A DNA stretch of 64,000 bases, from NCBI GenBank assembly GCA_964016885.1, contig OZ024743.1:246574001-246638000 (forward strand). Direction: 5' to 3'. The notes beneath the pieces are model-generated. The model saw only the letters and a program-made list of their open reading frames with translations. It was not told where the DNA came from and did not search any database. The position numbers were made by a program, and so were the translations under genes. Each line of letters begins with the position of its first letter. Position 1 is the first letter of the stretch. The stretch comes from Eledone cirrhosa. Lineage: Eukaryota. Of the stretch, positions 54,692-64,000 are shown piece by piece.

Positions 54692-56428
54692 CATCATCAC
54701 CAACCACTTTACAGCATTTACTAGGAGCATTTATTGTGACTCCAGCACTACTACCTTACAGGGTGTGTGTATATGGTCATCTGATCTGGTTTGTCTCACA
54801 ACAGGACAACTCGTCTAACCCATGCTAACGTGGAAAAATAGATGTGAAATGATGATGATGATATATATATATATATATATATATGTGAGTGTTTACATTT
54901 AACAGTTTGACAAAGTGAGATTGATAAAATAGGTACCAGACATAGGAATAATATGATTAACTAAATCCCTTAACCCTTTATCATTTACATTACTCTATAT
55001 ATCATCATCATCATCGTTTAACGTCTATCTTCCACACTAGCATGGGTTTAGACAGGAATTGTCCCATTTGAGGCAAGATTGGTTGTTTTGCTCGTATAGG
55101 ACTGTCTGGCAGGTTTTCTACGACTGGATGCCCTTCCTAACACCAACTATATATACTATTGTATTTTCACAGTAAAGGCTTTATTTCACATAATATCGAA
55201 TCTATGAGATTTTGATATTATTTATTTTGAGAACAATACTTTAACATCAGTATGAGTGGCTGGTTATGACCAATTTCAGCAGAAAGAGATGAGAGCATTC
55301 TGGCCAGATATGGCTGGTGTAAATGCTAAAGGGTTAAAAGAGGTGCCTGAGCATGGCTGTAGTCTAATGACTGAAATCAGTAAAAGAAAGAAAGAGTAGT
55401 TTAATTCTCTACTTGTAGGTGAAAGGCTAACTGAAATATAATAATTCAATAAAAGAATCAGATTAGTGCCTTCTCAAGTATTTGGCTCTCGTGTGTATAT
55501 TGTTGTTGTTGTCATTGTTATTGTTTGCTCAAGAACACAACACCTTGCCCAGGCCAGGAATCAAAACACACAACCTTATGATTACAAGTCCAACACTAAG
55601 CCACAAGACCTCATATGGCAATAAAACAAGGTAATGTTAACTAAATATAATATAGATAGTGAAACCTTAAGAATTCTCTCCAATTCAGATATCGAATGAC
55701 GGAATGAGATGTCATAAGTAGTTATATGGCTTTTATATAGCTGGCACTATATCAAACTCAAAAGAACTTGTCTACAATGACATAGTATGACATCAACTCT
55801 AGATGACATAGAACATTATGGTGACGATGTTGGTGTTGATGGTGGTTTGGTGTTGATGATGATGTTGGTGTTGGTGGTGTTGTTAGTGGTGGTTATGTTG
55901 AAGATGCCATTTCAAATGCTCTATCAACTGTCAACCAATGCATAAAATATCATCTTAAAAACCAGATAAGACTTCAGCAAACGATTAGTGTATATGTTTG
56001 TATGTGTGTGGGGGTGTTTGTATATGTGTAAGTGTGTATAGATATGAAAACGCATGGCTTAGTGGTTAGGGTGTTCAGCTCATGATTGTAAAGTCCTAAG
56101 TTTGATTTCCGGCAGCATATTGTGTCCTTGAGTAAGTCACTTTATTTCACGTTGCTCTAGTCCACTCAGCTGGCAAAATTGAGTTGTACCTGTAATTCAC
56201 ACACACTGTGTCATGGTGAATCTCGTTGAGAACTACATTAAAGGTACACCTGTCTGTGGAATACTCAGCTACTTGCACATTAATTTCAGGAACAGGCTAT
56301 ACTGTGGATCGAATCGATGGGAACACTTATTGCCGGAACCAATGAAGAGCCAACACACAGACAGGTGTGTTATATGTATGTGTGTGTTTCTGATATGAAA
56401 CATGAAAAAACAAGCAGTGATAACTTAC

Positions 56429-56505
56429 GTGTTGAGTGAATTCACAAGTGCACATTGTTTGTATGAGATCAGAAAACTTTGGTTTTCAATATTAGTAACA
56501 GTTAC
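56429..56505 (-). CDS. WAPL: WAPL exon (missed by the ORF track)
   Basis: tag|VTVTNIENQSFLISYKQCALVNSLN|gtaagt; 77 nt, phase 0-2; resembles WAPL NPENQSYLIAYK. Confidence 0.9.
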
Positions 56506-57603
56506 CTAAAGGAAGAGATAGAGAAAGATAATAGCAAACAACAAAGCAATGAAATACCATATTGTGACATTGGTCACAACCTTCAGCTACTACAGTGATT
56601 TAGCAGAAAATATTTATCAACTGGTTTGTTAATTCAAATGTTTACAACATCTTTACTGGAGGACAAATCATTGTGAAAATTTGCAGTAAATTGTTAATTC
56701 AAATATTTATTGTATTTTTACTAGTGGACAGATTGTTGCTAAAATGTACAGTATTAGAACAAAGGCCTACATTTTTAAACTCCGTTTTTTTTTTTTTTTT
56801 ACATATTTCTAATGAAAGACATTGTCTATGTTTTTCAATTAATTTTTAAAATCATGAAGAATTTTAATTTAGTAATAAATTTTCACATAATTTTTAAAAT
56901 AATAAAAAATTTAGAAGGATTAAGTATTATTAACTTTCTCATTATTAAAGCTGATGTTTTGAAAATAATTTAGTAACATCTTTTTCTTTACGTAAAATTA
57001 TCATTATGAAGGGTTTTAGATAAATATGAACACTTTTATATTATACAACCAGCTGCAGTGTGATATCAAAACAGCTGATATGGTTCATATGGTACAGGAC
57101 GTTAAGAGTTAAGAATATAAACACATAAAAACAAATAGCTTTGTAGTGCAGAACCAGAGGTGGTTTCAGATGGTTTGGTATCAAAAAGGTTTAAATGAGT
57201 TTAAAGAAACCATGGGAGGGGTACACATCTGGAAAGAGAGGGAGAACTGATGGGACTGGGATAGAGAGGAGCAATAGGGATGTAATGATAGGGAGGAGAT
57301 TGGAAGTTATTGCTAAAAATATATATTCAGTTTACAAAAGGTTCAAGCTGACATGAATCATAGCAACAACATTCTTTTTGTAATAGAACATTAGCAACAT
57401 CTATAGTACAACTGTTAGAACTGAATTAGTGTATGTGGTGGTGGCGGTGTTTAAAATAGAAAGAAGTAAAAGGAAGAAAAAAAGATGAACTTAATGTGTT
57501 TCTAGAACAATGTAATCTAATTAGTTATTTTCCTGGTTTACAAAAGCAGCAACTTATACATATATAACATATACACACATTAGTACATGATGATGATGAT
57601 ATC

Positions 57604-57661
<58 letters not shown>

Positions 57662-57734
57662 AATTTAATTATATCACAATTGAATATCTTGCCATAAAAA
57701 TAAATTGTCATTTATACATTGTCAGACAGTAATT

Positions 57735-58020
57735 CCACTGACACTGACTCAAGTAGGTTCCACTCCACTGAGACACTGACTCAAGTAAGTTCCACTCCAC
57801 TAAGACATTAACTCAACTCAAGTCTACTTCACTGGTATACTGACAAAATTAATTTCTACTTCACTGGCACACTGACTAAATTAATTTCTACTTCATAGAG
57901 ACAGCAGTTCTACTCAACTGAGACCAATGGCTATCCTAAGTTCTACTCTATTGTAACAATGGCTACAGAAAGTTCCACTCCACCGATACTGACCTAAGTA
58001 AGTTCCACTCAACTAAAGTG
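57735..58020. repeat. Degenerate ~32-bp tandem repeat
   Basis: About 8 variants of acactgactcaagtaggttccactccactgag. Confidence 0.75.
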
Positions 58021-58159
58021 ACTACAGTATCATAGTTTTTGGAATATAATACAACCTTGTTTTGAATAAAATTATCAATTTTGTTATTCAAGTGGTATTA
58101 TGGTAAATTAAAGTTTAAATATAGCCATATGTATAGTTTAGATATATTGTTATTATTAA

Positions 58160-58377
58160 GCAGCGGATTAGCAGAATTGGTAGAGCGTCGGACACCTTGC
58201 TTTGCGGTATAGTTACGTCTCTTTACGTTCTGAGTTCAAATCCAGCCGAGGTTAACTTTGCCTTTCATCCTTACGGTGTCGATAAAATAAAGTACCAGTA
58301 ATGTACTGGGTTCGGTTTAACTGACTTTCCCCTCCTCCCAAATACTGGCCTTGTGCCTATACTAGAAATCATTATTA
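58160..58377 (+). mobile_element. Family A SINE, longer variant
   Basis: Same head and core as 44108, with an extra ttcggtttaactgactttcccctcctccca segment. Confidence 0.8.
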
Positions 58378-58482
58378 AGCAGAATCATTAAATTGTTGGG
58401 AGAAAATGCTTTAAGGTATTTGTTTGAACTCTTTATATCCTGAGTTCAAATCTAGCTGTGGCCAACTCTGCCTTTCAATTTT

Positions 58483-58682
58483 NNNNNNNNNNNNNNNNNN
58501 NNNNNNNNNNNNNNNNNNNNNNNNNNNNNNNNNNNNNNNNNNNNNNNNNNNNNNNNNNNNNNNNNNNNNNNNNNNNNNNNNNNNNNNNNNNNNNNNNNNN
58601 NNNNNNNNNNNNNNNNNNNNNNNNNNNNNNNNNNNNNNNNNNNNNNNNNNNNNNNNNNNNNNNNNNNNNNNNNNNNNNNNNN
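58483..58682. other. Assembly gap (200 N)
   Basis: Run of N, flanked by a SINE on the left and (ataaacatg)n on the right. Confidence 1.
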
Positions 58683-61112
58683 ACATAAACATGATAAACA
58701 TGAATGTGATAGGTGAATGAAAAGAGAAACACATAAACATGATAAACAGTTTAACATGATAAACACACAGCAAGATAATCAGATAAACACAGGAAGATGA
58801 TAGAAAGATGAACCTGATAGATACACAAACATTTTAAATACATGAATAATGTCAAATATTAATAAAATGTTGTGAAAACAGGAAGGCTAATTATCAACTA
58901 GATTTAACATAAAGGAAACATAATAATTAAGTCAATTATTGATTATTGAAAGAACCAAATAATTGTAATATAATTGAATGAAATATAAGGTACATGTTTT
59001 AAATCCTATTTTTGATGTGGGGAAATGTAATGGCAGAATCAGATAAAAAGTGATACATAACAGGTGTAATGAGAGTACATAAACTAATGATTCACAATAA
59101 CTAGATGAGATGAGTAGGTGGAAGGAGCATAAGGGCTGGGGGTAAGGCGACAATAATAGTGGTGATGATGATGATAATGATGACAATGATAGTGGTAATG
59201 AGGTAGACAATGACAATGATGGTGATGATGATGAAAATGTAAACACGGAAGAGAGGAGGTGGATGATTAACAATCAAAATTAAGTTAAGAGAAAAGGAGA
59301 GAAAATACAATCAATAGTTTGCTAAAAACAATATGACAAAACAAGCCAAGCCTTGTTATGAATGTCCTGTTTTATTGTTTCAATGTGTTTTACTGTATTA
59401 ACCCTTTTGTTATTATATTTCTAATAGAAGACACTACTTACTACTTATGGTTTCCAAAGAACTTTGAAAATAACCCAAGCTACTGTTTGGAACATAAATT
59501 ATGATGAAACTTTTTTTTTTTTAGATAAATATAAATACTTTTAAATAAATATTTTTTTATCAGAAACCCAGAAGTGGTTTCAAGTGGTTTGGCATCAAAA
59601 GGGTTAATGTGTGTGTATTAGAAATATGGTAATAAAAGGGGTTAATGAAGTTAATTACTGTAATTTTTGTCGTACAAAACACTTTTTTACCCAAAAATTT
59701 GATGCCAAAATCTGTCTGTATCTGATACACCAAAGAAAAATGATGATGATGATAATAATAGTGATAATGTAGATGATGATAACAATATAGGCACAAGGCC
59801 AGTAATTTAGGCGAGGGGAAAATCAATTATATTGAACCGAGTACTTTACTGGTACTTTATTGACTGGGAGGATGAAAGGCAAAGTTGACCATGGCAGGAG
59901 TTGAACTCAGAAGGTCGGAACTAAATATTGCAAATCTTTTATGTGACATTCTATCGGTACCATCAATTATACACAAGTCATATATGAATAGTTGTATATA
60001 TAAACAGGCATGCATGGGTTTAGTTTATTTTAATAACCTAATTAATACCTATATTGACATTTTTTCTTAAAAAAGAAAACAAGAAAAAACAAAACAATTT
60101 ACATTACTCCTTAATTTGTAAACAACAACAATAATAATAAAAAGAAAACTCAAAAATGCATCAATTGCAGAAAATAGACATGGGTGGAAGTATTTCCGTA
60201 TAAAGCTTGCCAAACAAAGGGTTGGGAGGACCCTCAAGTGTGTCAAAGATATGACAACCTCTCCTGTGCACTCGATAGAGCATAACACTGTATGTAACTG
60301 AGATGCAGATCCCAGACCTATCTGGGAGATCAGTGATTCTGTTTCAGTATTGACTTGGTCTATGTAGACCTGTCCAACCCTTGCTAGCAGGGAAAGCAGT
60401 TGTTGAAACACCAATGATGGTGATGACATGGTAATAGCTGTTTACTGTGTCACAAAATAACTATTTTGAGATCTTTTCATCATCATCATCATCATCATCA
60501 TCGTTTAACGTCCATCTTCCATGTTAGCAAGGGTTAGATGGGTGACACCAAGCCTAGATGTTACAAACACAGTCCAGTTGATGGGCTCTATAAACAGTTA
60601 TCATCATCACCGTTTAACGTTCATTTATCCTCGCTAACATGGGTTAGATGAGTTGTCCTGTTGTGAGCAATCCTAGGTCGGGTGACCATGTCCTGCTCAC
60701 ACAGAACTGATTTTGGCTTGGTTTCCACAGCGGATGCCTTTCCTAATGCCAATCATCTGTTCAATTTAACTCACAAGAGTTGGGGTGACTTGAGGTAGAT
60801 TCAGCGTGACACCAACCAAGCCTAGATGTTTGAATTATAGGTGGAGCCCAGTTGATGGGTTCTTCCAAACAGTTACAATCTGTTCAATTTAATCCACAAG
60901 GGGCAGTGAAATCAAACCAAAAGCAACATTTTTAACCATGCTGTTTCTACCCTACGACGACGGAGGAGGAGGGGGAGAAGGAGGAGGAGGAGGAGGAGAA
61001 GGAGAAGAAGAAGAAGAAGAAGAAGAAGAAGAAGAAGAAGAAGAAGAAGAAGAAGAAGAAGATTTTTCTGAGATGAGTTTCAAGAAATAATAAAAAATTT
61101 GAAGCTGCTTAC

Positions 61113-61249
61113 CTTAGACACCGGGTGGACATAGGCTGAGTATCACCAAGACCAGCCAACAAATATTCTACATCATCCATAAATTCTTGCGTCTCACCAG
61201 ATTCTTGCACTTCATGGGCCTCTTTTACATTCCGTACGACCGTGAAGAG
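61113..61249 (-). CDS. WAPL: WAPL exon (start of the WAPL domain)
   Basis: cag|[45 protein letters not shown]|gtaag; 137 nt; resembles WAPL GENQEFTDDIEYLLSGL. Confidence 0.96.
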
Positions 61250-62745
61250 CTGGAGGAAACCAAATAAAGAAGTACCAAATAATGACTTCTTTGGCTCAGA
61301 CACAAAAGCAAATTTTTAACATTTTATATATTTTTTATAATTGACGAAAATTTTTTATTCAACAAATTTCTATCAAATTAAAAAATGTTTGCAAAGAAAA
61401 AAAAAAAAAAAAAAATAAAAGGAAGGTGGGAGGGAATGACAGATTCTACACCCCTGTCTCATAGACAAGATGGTAAAAAACATAGCCGTGGAGAACAGTC
61501 AGTGACATCTGTTGCTCCAACTCACGAAGCTCCATTGTTTTTATTGTCTGTAAACCAGGCTAAGAATAAATTTTTAAATCAATGAAAGATTTTATGTTAG
61601 TTTAAACCTTTTGATACCATATCTCTAATGAAATACATAGTATTTCAATTAATTATTGAAGAATTTTGAAGGATTTACTAAAATTACTAATCATTTATCC
61701 CAGCATGTCATAAGTGACTAAAAGGGTTGGTGGCACTGCCTCAAAACAGGCATGGACAACTTTTTGAAGCAGTGGTCTACATTGGATATGGCTCATCATA
61801 AGGTGGTTCGTACTTCTAAAAAATTCAAGGCAATTTTGAAATTAGGTGTGCCAATCAAAAAGTGAAATGGGCTGCAGTTTGTCCATGACTGCTTCACAAC
61901 ATCCCACCCAATCCATGTCAGCATGGAAAAGTGGACATAAAAGCAATGATAATTTCATTATTATGACAGCATTTGTAACTAGAAATCCCTTTAAAAACAG
62001 AGGCAATTTCGGACAGGTTGGTATTAAAATGATTAACCCCATCTTAGAGAAGTTGAGGTAGTTTTTCTCAAGCCAAGGGGCTCATCAGGACAGAGCTTAT
62101 CTTGGTTTCATGTGGTGTTGAGCAACGATTGGATGTCAATTGATTGAAAGGTCAACTTCAGCTGATTGAACTGAAACAACGTGAAATGAAATGCATTGTT
62201 CAAGGATAAAACACGCCACCTAGTCAAGGGATTGAACGCTTGAATTTACAATTGTGAGGCCAACACAAAAAGCAGCACACATTCATGCCAGCACCTATGA
62301 ATAATAAAGAATCTAACCCTTTAAGTTGTGGACACAGCATAACCGAATGGCTTAGAATTTTGCTTTGCAATCATTAAATCCATGATTTGATATCACTGCA
62401 TGGCTTCGTGGACAAGTGTCATTTGTCACAGCCTCAGGTTGACCCATGTCTTGTAATTGAAATGGGTTTGTCGGAAACTATTTGAAAGTTCGATGGATGG
62501 ACTGTAATTATAATTTAAAGGGCTAGCTTTGTCACATACTGTGTAATGCTAACTCTTCCTAAGAATTACCCGAAGGGTACATGTGTCAGTGGAATGCTCA
62601 ATCACTTGTATGTTAATTTCATGAGCAGGGTCTCCCATTGATTGAACAACTGGAACACTCATTACCAAAACCAATGTAGGTCCATTTCAACTCTTTAAAT
62701 TAAAACTACAAATTACAATAAAAAACAAAAAACAAAACAACTTAC

Positions 62746-62979
62746 CTCTTTATGTTCTTTACTGACTTTCAAGGAGGTAAATGCTTCATCCCCTACCCGA
62801 CAAGGCCAGTGCACCTTCCGGGTAAGTTTAGGTATGACCACATTAGCAGGGACCTCTGAGCCAGTTTTGGAAACAGCTTTAGTTGTAGATGTTTTGGTAG
62901 TGCTGCTCTGGGTACTAGTTTTATTTGATGGAGCTGAAGATGGTTTACCAGATCTTACACTACTTGATCCTTCATCTCC
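62746..62979 (-). CDS. WAPL: WAPL exon (Ser/Thr-rich region before the WAPL domain)
   Basis: cag|GDEGSSSV...FTSLKVSKEHKE|gtaagt; 234 nt, phase 0-0, splices in frame to the next exon. Confidence 0.85.
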
Positions 62980-63380
62980 CTGTGAAAAACAAAACAAAAC
63001 AAAAAACATCAAACACAATAAACAGTTTTATCAATAAAGTTACAGCTCACACCACTTAAAGATCAGTTGGCTTCCTATAAGGTTGCATCTCATATGAGGT
63101 TTCTTGAATGTTTTAATGATAGGGGGCCCCAGTCCTATCATGAAAAGTAATGTAAAATGAAACCTTACTCAAGAACACAATGTGCCGCTCAGTCCAAGAA
63201 TTGAAACCATAACCTTATGATTGTGAGGCCAACACTTTAATCACAAAGTCACATGCCATCACAGAATAACACAAAGTCTACATAGACGTGATGAGAAGTT
63301 AATGACAATTACATGTTATGCCATCCACAAATACTGAGACACCTTAAACAATAGGTTAAAACAATAATATATACATGTAT

Positions 63381-63519
63381 TCATTATTATTAAGGCTAAA
63401 AAGTGAGTCTTGTTACCCTGGAGTTTTGCCTATTTATCACAGGGTCATCAGATGGCCCTGTGATAAACAGGCAAAACTTCAGGGTAACAAAACACACTTT
63501 TTAGCATTAATAAAAATGA
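63381..63519. repeat. ~140-bp hairpin (MITE-like fold-back)
   Basis: attaaggctaaaaagtg..ttgttaccctg..atcacaggg-tcatcagatg-gccctgtgat..cagggtaacaa..cactttttagcattaat. Confidence 0.85.
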
Positions 63520-63614
63520 CTATTAAAACCATACTTCAGGATTGAGTACTCCTTTCTCTTAGCCGTCAACCACATACGTATGTATGTATATATATATATA
63601 TATATATACATTAT

Positions 63615-63942
63615 AAAAAAGAAGAGAGACGGTTTTATGCATACATCCACTGTTATATAATCCTGTTATGCACATTTCGAAGACATCAGACAAGTATTAA
63701 GGTGTAATATTGTTGTTTTTGATATGTTCGTTTGTAGTTGGACTGCTAATATCATGTTCAATACTATAGCAAGCATATAAAAAACAATAAGAAAAACATA
63801 ACAATATTACACCTTAATACTTGTTTGATAACAACACATCAAATAATTATTTTGCAACAACTTTGATATCTTTAAAATGTGAATAACAGGATTATATAAT
63901 AACCAGAGGATGTATACATAAAACCGTCTCTCTTCTCTTTTA
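63615..63942. repeat. Diverged inverted repeat with decayed hammerhead-like cores
   Basis: aagagagacggttttatg..tcctgttat pairs with ataacagga..cataaaaccgtctctctt, and caagtattaaggtgtaatattg pairs with caatattacaccttaatacttg. Confidence 0.75.
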
Positions 63943-64000
63943 AAACAAATGTTTCTACTTTGGGCACAAGGCCAGTAATTATCCCAGTGCATTACTGGTA

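Noticed and set aside
57735-58020. Regularly spaced ~32-bp repeats (CRISPR-like)
   Set aside because: Contiguous degenerate tandem units without unique spacers or cas genes, in a eukaryotic intron.
58411-58773. ORFs spanning the N run
   Set aside because: Artefacts of the assembly gap.

Overview
This is eukaryotic, AT-rich, microsatellite-dense animal DNA. The SINE and microsatellite landscape suggests an octopus-like coleoid mollusc (inference). Right part (about 37-63 kb, minus strand): the 3' portion of a WAPL (wings apart-like, cohesin release factor) gene. Nine coding exons with canonical GT-AG sites can be read, and phases match at every junction except the one spanning the 200-N assembly gap, where middle exons are missing. 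Left part (1-37 kb): a nest of mobile elements. It holds several Penelope-like retroelements (RT + C-terminal GIY-YIG; one ORF is broken only by a 1-nt homopolymer frameshift), a decayed Gypsy LTR element with 269-bp LTRs and a CATG target duplication, three tandem Helitron derivatives, RTE-LINE fragments, MITEs and many tRNA-derived SINEs. The most striking hidden signal is ten hammerhead-ribozyme motifs (CTGANGA...GAAA...TH with paired stems) in Penelope pseudo-LTRs between 2.4 and 22 kb. Three families carry unusually long (55-115 nt) stem II insertions. They occur with fold-back structures, and the elements sit in (TA)n tracts. All calls were made by eye and no searches were run.
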